Part shown: positions 38,826 through 48,910 of the stretch, piece after piece
Numbering within the stretch: position 1 is the first letter of the stretch
Layout of the letters: every line of letters starts with the position of its first letter
Source of the DNA: Bdellovibrionales bacterium
GTDB taxonomy: Bacteria > Bdellovibrionota > Bdellovibrionia > Bdellovibrionales > JAMPXM01
Length of the DNA: 64,000 bases
Reading direction: 5' to 3'
NCBI GenBank assembly: GCA_043739185.1
Contig: JAYUEN010000386.1
Coordinates: 64,001-128,000, forward strand
Made by a program: the position numbers and the translations under genes
Notes under the pieces: generated by a model
What the model was told of the DNA's origin: nothing
Seen by the model: only the letters and a program-made list of their open reading frames with translations
The model's database searches: none

Positions 38826-39722
38826 ATGGCCAAAAAAACACCGGTAGATTTGCAAAATCGCATAGATGAGTTAGAGAGCGAATTGAATGAGCGTGAAAGC
38901 GATTTAGCACTTTTTCGCGATGAGCTTTCGAAAGCAAATGTTCAGCTTAAAAAATTAATTGCTCAGATTTCAAATGAATTGAAAACCGCGTCTAAAATTC
39001 AAAAGGCACTAGTGCCGACTGAGTTTCCGACGATTCCTGGTTTTGAATTCAGTACAAAATTCGTTGCCAGCCCCATTTCTGGCGGAGATTATTTTGATAT
39101 TTTTGAGCATGAAGATAAATTTCGCTTTGGTGTTGTGTTGGCAAATTCTTCTGGCTATTCGATGTCGGCGCTGTTTCTAAGTGTTCTACTGAAGCTATCA
39201 GGACAGCTCGAGGCCCGAAAGGGAACTCCACCAAATAATATTTTAGAGCATATGGCTCGTGAGTTAGTTCCCAATATTGAAGCTTCAGATGTCGCCAATG
39301 TTTTTTATGGAGTCATTGACCGACGAAGTTTTGAAATGACCTATTCACACGCAGGAAATTATGTTGGGCTGTTGGTTTCTGAGCACAAAGTTCAAAAGCT
39401 TGAGGTGTCAAATGCACCAATTGGCAAAAGCTTTAAGCCGGGCCTTGAAAACAAAAGTATCAATCTGAATCCGCATGATAAACTCGTTCTTTGCAGCGAA
39501 GGGGTTTTGAAAGTTCTCAATTCTAAGTCTGAAAAGTTTGGTGAAGAACGTCTTTACAAGGCGGTGCTTGCAGCCAGCGAAAATGAAGTACATGACTTGA
39601 GAAATGAAATCATGATTCAAATCGATAAATTTTCTGGCGGCCGAGAACTCATACAAGATTTAACGGTTTTGGTGCTTGAAGTAAAAGATCGCGTGATCAA
39701 ATTGGCGAAAGCTAGGAGTTGA
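38826..39722 (+). CDS. SpoIIE/PP2C-like protein with N-terminal coiled coil, degenerate active site
   Basis: ASKIQKALVP, SGGDYFD, HAG, FGEERL, QDLTVLV. Confidence 0.85.
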   Translation: MAKKTPVDLQNRIDELESELNERESDLALFRDELSKANVQLKKLIAQISNELKTASKIQKALVPTEFPTIPGFEFSTKFVASPISGGDYFDIFEHEDKFRFGVVLANSSGYSMSALFLSVLLKLSGQLEARKGTPPNNILEHMARELVPNIEASDVANVFYGVIDRRSFEMTYSHAGNYVGLLVSEHKVQKLEVSNAPIGKSFKPGLENKSINLNPHDKLVLCSEGVLKVLNSKSEKFGEERLYKAVLAASENEVHDLRNEIMIQIDKFSGGRELIQDLTVLVLEVKDRVIKLAKARS

Positions 39723-39836
39723 GTTAAGCGAGTAACTGCCTAGTACAATTACTCAAGTTTCAAGATTCAGTGCATAAGTTATAGTCGGGAAATTAAATGT
39801 GAGAGATAATTCTAGCCACTATTCGAAAGGAATTTT

Positions 39837-40979
39837 ATGGCAGCAGAAGTACAAATTTACGAAGGTGCGGTTGATAAGGGTTTAGAGGGAGTGGTTTCGT
39901 GTACGACTGCCATCTCATTCATCGTCGGCGCTACGCTAAATTATCGTGGGTATACCATTGAAGATTTAGCGGCCAATTCTAATTTCGAAGAAGCCGTATT
40001 TTTACTTTGGAATAATCGCTTGCCGAAGGCTGATGAATTGGCCAAATTTCAAAAGGATTTGGCTTCTGAAATGACTTTGAGCCCGGATCTTTTAAAAGTA
40101 CTAAAAGAAATTCCTACCAAAAACATTCATCCAATGGCGTGGTTAAGAACCGCGACTAGCTTATCGGCCCTTTACGATAAGGATGCGCAAGATACATCCG
40201 ATGCAGCCAAGCATCGTGTGGCCCTTCGATTGACTGCGAAAATGGCGACCTTGGTTACCAGCTTTGAAAGGTTTCGCAACGGAAAAGAAATTATAACTCC
40301 CAATACAAATAAGAGCATTGCCTGGAATTTTTTCTATACTCTGACCGGAAAAGAACCCGATCCTCAAATAGTTAAAATGTTTGATACCTGTCTTATTTTG
40401 CATGCAGATCATGAATTAAATTGTTCGGCTTTCGCAGCAAGAGTTACCGCTTCTTCATTGAGCGATATGTATTCATCTGTGGTCAGTGCTATTAGCGCTT
40501 TAAAGGGACCACTTCATGGCGGTGCTAATGAGGCTGTGATGAATATGTTGAAGGACATAGGCACTATGGATAGAGCCCAAACATGGGTTAAAGAAGCTTT
40601 GGATAATAAGCAGAAAGTAATGGGCTTTGGCCATCGGGTTTATAAGAATGGCGATCCTCGAGCCAAAATCTTGCGCCAAATGAGCCAAGATATCACAAAG
40701 AAAATTGGTCAGCCGCAATGGTTTCAAATGTCGGACTTAATTGACGATACTATGCAGACCAAAAAGTCCTTACTTCCCAATGTCGATTTTTATTCTGCAA
40801 CGGTTTACTACAGCATGGGGATTACAATTGATTTGTTTACGCCGATTTTTGCGGTATCGCGAGTTTCGGGTTGGCTTGCTCATATGTTTGAGCAGTGGTC
40901 GAACAATCGAATTTATCGTCCCAGAGGTAAATGGCAGGGTAAAGAAGGCTTAAGTTGGCAGCCGACCGATAAACGATAG
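39837..40979 (+). CDS. Citrate/2-methylcitrate synthase
   Basis: KGLEGV, HPM, HADHELN, GPLHGGAN, GFGHRVY..DPR, PNVDFY. Confidence 0.93.
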   Translation: MAAEVQIYEGAVDKGLEGVVSCTTAISFIVGATLNYRGYTIEDLAANSNFEEAVFLLWNNRLPKADELAKFQKDLASEMTLSPDLLKVLKEIPTKNIHPMAWLRTATSLSALYDKDAQDTSDAAKHRVALRLTAKMATLVTSFERFRNGKEIITPNTNKSIAWNFFYTLTGKEPDPQIVKMFDTCLILHADHELNCSAFAARVTASSLSDMYSSVVSAISALKGPLHGGANEAVMNMLKDIGTMDRAQTWVKEALDNKQKVMGFGHRVYKNGDPRAKILRQMSQDITKKIGQPQWFQMSDLIDDTMQTKKSLLPNVDFYSATVYYSMGITIDLFTPIFAVSRVSGWLAHMFEQWSNNRIYRPRGKWQGKEGLSWQPTDKR

Positions 40980-41125
40980 GGGCTACAAAAGTCACTGGCT
41001 TCGTGACTAAGCTGCTTGATCAGTTTTAACGGCAGCAGCGGCAGTCAACTGAATTGCGGTTTCTGATTCTGGATCCGTTGCAGTTGACGGATTGCCAGCT
41101 GACGGACCCAGTTTTCCAAATCAAT

Positions 41126-41539
41126 CTATCGTTGGCGCTTGAGATCAGGGCCGACGCCGTGTTCGGCTATCATCAAATCGATATCGGTATGTAGCAAATA
41201 CAAGTCGAGGAGAAGTTTATTATTGGTTCCACCGTATCTGTCGAAATTGATACATTCAACAAGGCTGTCTTCGACAGCTGAGATACCAAGATCAATATTT
41301 CGCACAGCACTTTCAATATTGCTGTTTGGTCCAACTGCAAACTCATTGAGGCCAGCGGCAATTGTGCTCAACTCAAATTTAATTTTCGCAGCAGAAGAAG
41401 CAATTGAATCACAGCTGCCGATAAGCAGATCGGTTTCAGCAGCAACCAAAGCGGTCGCCTTTCTTGCGTCTGGAATAGACATGGCGAATGAAAGCGAACC
41501 AAAGATCGATACAATCAGAGCGAGAGAAAACATTTTCAT
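41126..41539 (-). CDS. Secreted hypothetical protein
   Basis: AGGAG RBS; signal peptide ending SFA. Confidence 0.7.
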   Translation of the reverse strand: MKMFSLALIVSIFGSLSFAMSIPDARKATALVAAETDLLIGSCDSIASSAAKIKFELSTIAAGLNEFAVGPNSNIESAVRNIDLGISAVEDSLVECINFDRYGGTNNKLLLDLYLLHTDIDLMIAEHGVGPDLKRQR

Positions 41540-41804
41540 AGAGACTCCTTTTTAATATGAGTAAGCTTTCATTTTAGCGTGAAACTGTCCACCGGTTTTT
41601 TGAGGTGAATTTGTTTTGGTTGAATACACTGCAGGGCCTGTGCCTACACCAGGGGCATTAGAAATGCCTTAGACCGCAGTTAGGTGGGAAGTTATTACAC
41701 ATACCGGCGACAATTCACGTAGATCCTCCAAAATTTTTCATGACGGGTTTTCTTGAAGTTTTGGCGCTAAAGGCATGGACATTCAGATAAAGCTTATGTG
41801 AGCT

Positions 41805-42569
41805 TTAACTGCTCGCTGAGGAGTAGAATTTAAGCGCAAATCTCCAAAAGCGGACGGTTGAGTAAACAAAGATTGAGGCGACGCACAAGCCAAGTAAAAT
41901 AAACCAATGGCTTGCGCTGCCCATCACAATGCGCGCAGGAACGCTTGCGAAGAACGCCACTGGAATGAAGGAGAGTAAAATATATCGCAGCCAATTTGGA
42001 TAAATCGAATCGGGCCTCGTGCCAAGCTTATAGAGATTGAACCACATATAATTAAGGCTATCTGCCCTCGTCAAAATCAAAGCGCTCGCTGAAAAATAAA
42101 ACCTTGTACTATAAGTCAGCGCCACCGCACAAGGAATCAAAATCAGGAGAGTTAAAATGCGAGAAATGCTAATGCCGCCGGGCAAATGTGAAAGTGAATA
42201 AATCAACCAAGTCAGTGTCAGGCAAAGATTGAGTAAATAGGCGGTATTCATTTTCTGAAAGCTCAGTATGAATTGGGAATTGGCGGGCTTGGTCAAGAGC
42301 ATATCAATATCGCCTTTGCGGACGCGATCTGAAAGTTTGTCAAGATTTTCACTAAATAAAATCATATATATTGAATCTGTTGCAAAAAGCACCGCCATAA
42401 ACATGCGCGTATCTTGAAGAGTCCATCCCGAAACAGATTTTGTATAGGCAAAGAGCGCTTCAAAGACACTGAGTTGCACCGAATACCAAATTAAGTCATT
42501 GAAAAATTTAAGCGCAATATTCATGCGATATTCAAGGTCGGACATAATGCTCGCTTTGAAGAAACTCAT
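41805..42569 (-). CDS. ABC-2 family permease
   Basis: GDIDMLLTKP motif; multiple TM segments. Confidence 0.85.
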   Translation of the reverse strand: MSFFKASIMSDLEYRMNIALKFFNDLIWYSVQLSVFEALFAYTKSVSGWTLQDTRMFMAVLFATDSIYMILFSENLDKLSDRVRKGDIDMLLTKPANSQFILSFQKMNTAYLLNLCLTLTWLIYSLSHLPGGISISRILTLLILIPCAVALTYSTRFYFSASALILTRADSLNYMWFNLYKLGTRPDSIYPNWLRYILLSFIPVAFFASVPARIVMGSASHWFILLGLCVASIFVYSTVRFWRFALKFYSSASS

Positions 42570-42603
42570 AAATAAAAAGGAATATTTCTTGATAGTGTCT
42601 ATT

Positions 42604-43422
42604 TCAGGCCCCTGTTCCGCTGTATTTTTTTCGACCCATATTCCAAATCAAATGAAAGGCCAAGAGTGAAATTGCAATCCCAAGGCTTACCGAAAGAAAT
42701 CCTTGCCAGATCATCTTAAGAGGAATGCGACCAGTTAAATAGCCCACAGGTAGATATACTCCGCTGCTAAACGGAAGAGCAATCACGAAGGCACGGACTT
42801 TGATTGGCAATAAATCAAGTGGAAATAATTCTCCAACTAAAAACCATAAAATAAAATTTTTTGTAACCGTGAGGGCGTGAATTCGATTAAAGAAAAATGC
42901 AAAACTACTTATGATTGAACTCAAGGTATGTGCGAGAATCAAATAGTACATACTCAGCGCAAAAGCCAATGGCAGGCGCAGTAAATGAGTTGAGCTGTTG
43001 ATGAATAGGCAAACTAAGACAGGGACACAAAGGGACAATATGCTCGTGAGGAGCTTATAGCCCATAAATTGACCAAGGTAGTATTCATAAAAAGAAATAG
43101 GTCGCACCAAAATACTATTCACCGAGCCCGAATCAATCTCATCGATCATTCTCATTTCATACATCCAGTTGGCGGCGATTCGAGCAAAAAATGCGGCCCA
43201 GAGTGCATAGGCCAAATAGTATTCTTTAGAAAAGCCGTTCAAACTTTCAATGCTGCCACCACGAAAAATGGCAGTCCAAAGGGCAACCTCAGAAATGCAA
43301 AGTAAAATGGGTTGCAAACAGGCGTCGACAAATAAATTAAACCGGTACTCAAGTTGTGAGACGATTGCCATTCGGCCGGTGCCGTAAACCTGTTTGCAAA
43401 AAATCTCGAATGACTTCTTCAA
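42604..43422 (-). CDS. ABC-2 family permease
   Basis: LEYR, GSVNSILVRP, FPLDLLP; exact start uncertain. Confidence 0.85.
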   Translation of the reverse strand: MKKSFEIFCKQVYGTGRMAIVSQLEYRFNLFVDACLQPILLCISEVALWTAIFRGGSIESLNGFSKEYYLAYALWAAFFARIAANWMYEMRMIDEIDSGSVNSILVRPISFYEYYLGQFMGYKLLTSILSLCVPVLVCLFINSSTHLLRLPLAFALSMYYLILAHTLSSIISSFAFFFNRIHALTVTKNFILWFLVGELFPLDLLPIKVRAFVIALPFSSGVYLPVGYLTGRIPLKMIWQGFLSVSLGIAISLLAFHLIWNMGRKKYSGTGA

Positions 43423-44362
43423 AATCTACCTCTTCAATTTTCAAATCATGTACCTGTGATATACTGAGCAGCTTTTCAAGCACCAAGCCCATTACTTCGG
43501 ATCGTACTTCAGCAGTAAAAATTTTCTGATTTGCTTTCAAAAGGACGCCATCTGCTAAGAGCACATCTGAAGTGGGCGGACGCTTGAGTTCAACGCTTAA
43601 TTTTTGTTTGTTCTCAGCGCGATTGAGAAAGCCAGGCACATTTCCGTCGTAAACAATTGAACCCTGACTAATTAGCAAAAGGCGATCGGCCAACTGCGAA
43701 ATATCATCCATATAATGACTGGTTAGGATCACGGTTGGTTTGTGTTCTTGTACATAAGTAATTAAAAATTCTCGTATGCTGGTTTGAGCAACTATGTCGA
43801 GGCCGATGGTGGGCTCGTCCAGAAAAAGTACATCTGGCTGATGCAAAAGCGCTCCTATAATTTCCATTTTCATGCGCTCTCCGAGAGAAAGGCGCCGTAA
43901 TTGAATGTTTAATTGTTCGCGGCACTTTAAGACTTCGCAAAGCACTTGAATTCTTTTCTTCGCTTGTTCCCGATCTAAATCATAAATGCGAGTGAGTAGA
44001 TCATAGCTATCAGCCGGAGGGATGTCCCACCACAATTGATTTTTCTGTCCCAATAAAATACTGATGCGCCTCAAAAATTCTGGTTTTCGATCCCACGGAC
44101 TCATGCCAAAAATTTTGGCCTCGCCACTCGTAGGATAAATGAGCCCGGATAGAAGTTTTAACAATGTAGTTTTGCCGGCACCATTGGCGCCGACCAAGCC
44201 TATAATTTGGCCGCCCTCAATGCTGAGATTCGTTGGCGCGAGTGCAACTTTTAAAATATGATTTCTCTTCCAAAAGCCGCGGAGTGAGTTTGCTAGACCC
44301 TGTTCCTTTTTATAACTCTCATATACGCGCGAAAGATTTGTGCATTCAATTACATTTGCCAC
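43349..44362 (-). CDS. ABC ATP-binding protein
   Basis: GANGAGKTT, QLWWD, LSLGERMK, LDEPTIGLD. Confidence 0.92.
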   Translation of the reverse strand: MANVIECTNLSRVYESYKKEQGLANSLRGFWKRNHILKVALAPTNLSIEGGQIIGLVGANGAGKTTLLKLLSGLIYPTSGEAKIFGMSPWDRKPEFLRRISILLGQKNQLWWDIPPADSYDLLTRIYDLDREQAKKRIQVLCEVLKCREQLNIQLRRLSLGERMKMEIIGALLHQPDVLFLDEPTIGLDIVAQTSIREFLITYVQEHKPTVILTSHYMDDISQLADRLLLISQGSIVYDGNVPGFLNRAENKQKLSVELKRPPTSDVLLADGVLLKANQKIFTAEVRSEVMGLVLEKLLSISQVHDLKIEEVDFEEVIRDFLQTGLRHRPNGNRLTT

Positions 44363-44373
44363 TTATTTGCCGC

Positions 44374-45132
44374 CTATTTACTTTTGAGCGCATCGGGCTT
44401 TAAGCCCCAAGATTTGAGTATTTCAGATTCGTCGTCTGTTGACATAGCTTTTTTAAACTTGGCACCAGATTGACCCTTCACCCGCCGCTCACAATCACCC
44501 CAATTAGCGTGTCGCATAGCTATGCTTCCGATCAAACTAAGATAAGAAAGTGCTACTTTTTTTTCAGACTTTTGACCCTTCATTTCAGGAAGCGGCTCAA
44601 GTTTTGGAAGCTTAAAAAAATCAAATTGGTAGTGCGTGACGGAACCTTCATACAAATCGGGATTTCTACGCTGGGAAAACTCGACTGCAATCTCATCGCA
44701 GCGTTCATTGCCTTGAATGCCAATATGCCCTCTTACAAAATTCCACGAAATTTTATTTTGGGCGAAAAGTTTTTTTCGTTTTGAAACCACATTTACGAGT
44801 TTTTCCCAATATTCTCGATTCGAGACGGGTTTGCCCTCTGCGGTGACCCATCCCCGCTTTTGCCAGCCGTAGGCCCATTGAGTAATTCCTCGAATCACAT
44901 AGACAGAGTCTGTTAATATCATCACGTCGCCCGCAACTTTTTCAACAGCCCCAAGAGCTTCAATTGCACCTTGAAGTTCCATCTGGTTATTGGTTGTATG
45001 GGGTTGAAATCCACCGAGCTCAAGAATGTGACTTTGAGAGGTTCCAACAATGGCACCCCAGCCGCCAGGGCCTGGATTTCCTGAGCAAGCTCCATCGCAA
45101 TAAATAAGAATTTCAGAGCTTAAGTCAGACAT
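44374..45132 (-). CDS. rnhA: Ribonuclease HI with C-terminal viroplasmin/hybrid-binding-like domain
   Basis: DGACSGNPGPGGWG, TTNNQMEL, TDSVYV, GH..GNERCD; tail WGDCERRVKG..GAKFKK. Confidence 0.9.
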   Translation of the reverse strand: MSDLSSEILIYCDGACSGNPGPGGWGAIVGTSQSHILELGGFQPHTTNNQMELQGAIEALGAVEKVAGDVMILTDSVYVIRGITQWAYGWQKRGWVTAEGKPVSNREYWEKLVNVVSKRKKLFAQNKISWNFVRGHIGIQGNERCDEIAVEFSQRRNPDLYEGSVTHYQFDFFKLPKLEPLPEMKGQKSEKKVALSYLSLIGSIAMRHANWGDCERRVKGQSGAKFKKAMSTDDESEILKSWGLKPDALKSK

Positions 45133-45220
45133 TATAATCTTATGGCTTACCTCTAAGCAAATGTCAAAAGAGCAAGGAGAAAAAAGTATTTCGTTGCTTG
45201 GCAATTTTGAGTTAGGATAA

Positions 45221-46954
45221 ATGATAAGAGGAACTCATATGCAAAATAAGCCAGAACAAAAAAGCGGGCCCCTACTCCTAGTGGTCGGAATTTGCGCTCT
45301 CTTTTTTTCGTGTGCCAGTCCGGTTTTAAACGAAAAAAATATTTCAGACTCAAGCCTGATGATGAAAAATCGAGTGGCCATGTTCGATGCCGTTATTAAA
45401 GAAATTGATCGCATCGATGTCGATCGCAGGGAGATCTCGCGTTTAAAAGGCGAGGACTGGGATCGAAATATGAATGATTTAAGAGGCGAAGTTGAAAAAT
45501 CAAGTAATCTGGTTGAATTCGGACGAGCCTTAAAAAAAATCGACTCCTTTTACCCGCATATTCAATCGCAACAAGTGCTCAATCCAGAGCTCGAGAGTAT
45601 TCCGCTCGGGTCCAAAGTAAATTTGCCTTTTAAAATGATTCCGACAATTAAGGATCTCAGCGAGCAACATTTTAGATATTTTATATCTCAAGTAACTCCC
45701 GATAGTTTTGATCCAGGAGATGTTCCGCGTGTCGGTGATGAAGTGATTGAGATAAATAAGAAGGAAATGGAGGAGTGGGAGCGACTTAATTATTTGTTCT
45801 GTAAATCGATTTCGCACGCCGTATGCGCACTAGAGCTCAATCACAACTTTAGGAATGAGAGTCTTGGGTGGACTCAAAATCAGCCAGTTGAAATGCTTTT
45901 GCTGAGAGGTCCAGATAAAATTAAAGTGCGATTACATGCTAAGATTGAAGCGAGTGCTGGCTTTGAGCCAAGTGAGACCGCCGATATTTACAACGAAGTC
46001 TTTCCTTGTGGCATTGATATCAAACGCCGTTATTTTGAGTTTGGATATTTATTTAAAGGCCGAAGACTTTGTTTGTTGGGATCCCATGCTCATCCAGGGA
46101 TTGCCATTATGAGAATTTCAAATTTCAATTACGCTGGGAATTCAGAAAATATTCGCAGTATCAAACAAGAAATTAATCTGTTTCGAACTTCTTTTTGGAA
46201 TGACCATAGCTCCGAGATCAAACATCTTATTATTGATTTAATTGACAATGAAGGTGGGGATCCTCCGGTCGGGTATGAAGCGATGTTGTTTGATCAACCT
46301 TTTCAAGGTCAGTACGTTAAATATAAAAAATTACCTGAATGGACGTCAGGCTCTTTTGAAGATCTTCTTTTTCCCTATGATGGCGACGGCGGGAAAGCCA
46401 TTTGGATAAAAAGTCTCAAAGAAGAAGGGCGCTTTGCTAAGAAAAACTTTGGAGAGTTCTTTGATCCGGTACCACGCTACTGCGTAAACTCTAAACTTGA
46501 TTGCCGTATCGGCCGTTTTGAACCAGATGCGCACCTCTTTAGCGGCGATATTAAAGTGATGCTCAATCAAAACTGTATTTTGGCTTGTTCAAGTTTTGCC
46601 TCTGACCTTCACGACAATCTTGGGCCGCGGGTGAGCTTTTATGGCTTGCCAGATTCGGGAGATGCTTTGGCCTCGCAGATTTCGATAAATCTTTATCTGA
46701 CCCCGCTAGGTAAAAAGCCTTTTGAAATCAAATCGCATTTGTGGAACTCGGCGGCCCCACCGATCACAAAAGATTTATTGCTAACTCAGACTGTTGCCTT
46801 TACGCAAACGACCGACGTTCTCGGAGCGCTTAAGTCGGGAATCAGTCGCAAAATTAAAAAGATGCCAGAACTTAATTATAAAAACTATCCGGTCAATTAT
46901 CCTGGTGAGATTTTAAAGGTGATCTTAAATGATATTAAAGCTTCGGCTCGTTAA
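45221..46954 (+). CDS. S41 peptidase-like lipoprotein, possibly inactive
   Basis: Lipobox FFSC; PDZ-like VGDEVIEIN; MRISNF; LIIDLIDNEGG. Confidence 0.6.
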   Translation: MIRGTHMQNKPEQKSGPLLLVVGICALFFSCASPVLNEKNISDSSLMMKNRVAMFDAVIKEIDRIDVDRREISRLKGEDWDRNMNDLRGEVEKSSNLVEFGRALKKIDSFYPHIQSQQVLNPELESIPLGSKVNLPFKMIPTIKDLSEQHFRYFISQVTPDSFDPGDVPRVGDEVIEINKKEMEEWERLNYLFCKSISHAVCALELNHNFRNESLGWTQNQPVEMLLLRGPDKIKVRLHAKIEASAGFEPSETADIYNEVFPCGIDIKRRYFEFGYLFKGRRLCLLGSHAHPGIAIMRISNFNYAGNSENIRSIKQEINLFRTSFWNDHSSEIKHLIIDLIDNEGGDPPVGYEAMLFDQPFQGQYVKYKKLPEWTSGSFEDLLFPYDGDGGKAIWIKSLKEEGRFAKKNFGEFFDPVPRYCVNSKLDCRIGRFEPDAHLFSGDIKVMLNQNCILACSSFASDLHDNLGPRVSFYGLPDSGDALASQISINLYLTPLGKKPFEIKSHLWNSAAPPITKDLLLTQTVAFTQTTDVLGALKSGISRKIKKMPELNYKNYPVNYPGEILKVILNDIKASAR

Positions 46955-47320
46955 TCCAATAAACTGAACAAAGTTTTTTACTTTATCAAACGAGCTTAGG
47001 AGCTTCTTTTCAAAGCCTGAAAGCTGTTTTTGCAGTCGCAAATCAGTTTCTTCATGCAAGTGCTCAAAGTCAAAATTGATATGGAGCCAGAAGAAACTCT
47101 GACCTTGAATTTCAATCCAATCTTCATTTATGTGATGATCACTACCCACGCTTTGTTTTCGACTGAGGCCAGCTTTGGCTAGACCACGATTGCTCCAGGG
47201 TTTAATTGCTATACTTGTGCGCAAATCATCCCTTAAAATTTCGCTGGGTTTCGTTTCTGACTTCTTTGGCGAGCTTCTCTTTTTAAGATCATTTAAACCT
47301 AAAGACATTGAACTCCTCAT
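46925..47320 (-). CDS. Hypothetical protein downstream of parA
   Basis: 131-aa ORF; AGGAG RBS precedes the internal MSLGLNDL start. Confidence 0.6.
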   Translation of the reverse strand: MRSSMSLGLNDLKKRSSPKKSETKPSEILRDDLRTSIAIKPWSNRGLAKAGLSRKQSVGSDHHINEDWIEIQGQSFFWLHINFDFEHLHEETDLRLQKQLSGFEKKLLSSFDKVKNFVQFIGLTSRSFNII

Positions 47321-47346
47321 GCATGAGTCACGGAGCTCTGACTGAC

Positions 47347-48396
47347 TTAAGCCCCCCCTAGACTAGCTGAATCCATAAGCTTACTTTTTTCAAGTGCGAA
47401 ATTCTTAAAAATACTTTGAAGAATGATGCGCATCTCAGTCGCGGCCTCAGATCCACCCTGAAACTCAGGCGTTGAAAGATGCAAAGCGCAAGCCTCTTCG
47501 CCTGTAATACTTTCTTTAATTCCAGCTTGGATGCAGTTCGGCAAATTCTCTAGATACCAATTAAATATTTCTGAACTCAGTTTTCTTGAGGGGGAATATT
47601 TAGTGGGAATAAAAATGTGTTTCAAATTTTTTCGCATTTCTTTTTGAAACTCACTGACCAAAGCGCGAAATACTCTTAAGTTTCGAAAATTATTTATCTT
47701 ACATTCAACCGGCGATATAAGCACATCGCTTGCCATGAGCGCGTTGGTAATAAGGCGATTCCAGTTCGGAGAACAATCTAGCAAAATCAAGTCGAAATCT
47801 TTTTTTAGTGGAGCGATGACATTTTCCTCTAACCAGTACTCGCGTCGATTCTTACTGAATAGAGCTTGGTCAAGGGCTACCAACTCCGGAGTTTCCGGAA
47901 TAAATTTTAGACAAGGTAAATCAGTTGGGCGCAATAGACTCTCTAGTTTTTCAGAGCCGTCAAAAAGCTGTGCAAGCCCCTTGGTGCGATTGGCCTTTTC
48001 AAGTGCTAAATCAAAGGACTCATCGTCTGATGCGAGCTCGCCTCCGCCAAGAATTTCAGAAATATCGGATTGCATATCGAGCCCGACCACACAGGTTTTA
48101 ATATTATGAAGCGCGGCCATTCTTGCGATATTGAGTGTCAGCGCCGTTTTCAAAACTCCGCCCTTAGTAACGAATACTGAAACAGCTTGGGGCTTTGCGG
48201 GCTTTTTCAAAAACCCAATCTGCTCGCCGACAAGCACGAGTTCTTGATTCGACCAAGATTTCAATTTTCGGCCTTCTGAGTTTTTTGAAAAGGCGGGCAA
48301 ATGAATGCCGACTTGACGTTCAATATCAGCAGGCGAAAGGGAGCTTCCGAAAATTTGCAAAACTTTTTTTATGTTGAAAAATTCGCTCGTGCGCAT
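47347..48396 (-). CDS. ParA-family ATPase with N-terminal extension
   Basis: TKGGVLKT, LDMQ, LLDCSPNW, NALMASD. Confidence 0.88.
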   Translation of the reverse strand: MRTSEFFNIKKVLQIFGSSLSPADIERQVGIHLPAFSKNSEGRKLKSWSNQELVLVGEQIGFLKKPAKPQAVSVFVTKGGVLKTALTLNIARMAALHNIKTCVVGLDMQSDISEILGGGELASDDESFDLALEKANRTKGLAQLFDGSEKLESLLRPTDLPCLKFIPETPELVALDQALFSKNRREYWLEENVIAPLKKDFDLILLDCSPNWNRLITNALMASDVLISPVECKINNFRNLRVFRALVSEFQKEMRKNLKHIFIPTKYSPSRKLSSEIFNWYLENLPNCIQAGIKESITGEEACALHLSTPEFQGGSEAATEMRIILQSIFKNFALEKSKLMDSASLGGA

Positions 48397-48478
48397 TGTT
48401 GACCTCTCTGGTTAAGAGAACAGCCAACAGTTGAGCAATTAAGTTTGCGATTAGCAAATGAAAATTAGGTTAGGGCTC

Positions 48479-48910
48479 TTACGGGGATTTGTCTGAAGCT
48501 TTAGAAGAGGTGGCCTTAATTTTAGTGCCTTTTTCGCCAGTGCCGACTTCTAAATGAATATCTTCACGACTTGTTGGGCCGCACATTCCTAGCCGCATGC
48601 AATTCTCACAGGTCTCACAGGAAGAAGCAGACTTTACAACTGGAGCACAGTTTGGATCTCCCCCCTTACAAGAATAATCAGTGGCATCAATTTGTTGAAT
48701 GATCTTTTTTGCTTCTTCAGTTAGCGGTGGAGGATTAAATTCAGTTGCAGGGGAAAGGGGCTCTGTTGAGTTTTCTGGGGTCTGCGCATGAGCGGAAAAA
48801 CTAAAAAGTAAAATGAAACCTAGAAAAAACAAAAGCACATTGTTACTTTGAGGCATTGAAAAAGCCTTTCTGGACCAAGATAATTTTATTGTCCCTTGAG
48901 GTTTTATCAT
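48479..48910 (-). CDS. Small secreted Cys-rich protein at the Hit/Bd0108 position (alternative start 48856)
   Basis: Signal peptide ending AHA; disordered composition; CETCENC; directly after the RHS gene. Confidence 0.65.
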   Translation of the reverse strand: MIKPQGTIKLSWSRKAFSMPQSNNVLLFFLGFILLFSFSAHAQTPENSTEPLSPATEFNPPPLTEEAKKIIQQIDATDYSCKGGDPNCAPVVKSASSCETCENCMRLGMCGPTSREDIHLEVGTGEKGTKIKATSSKASDKSP

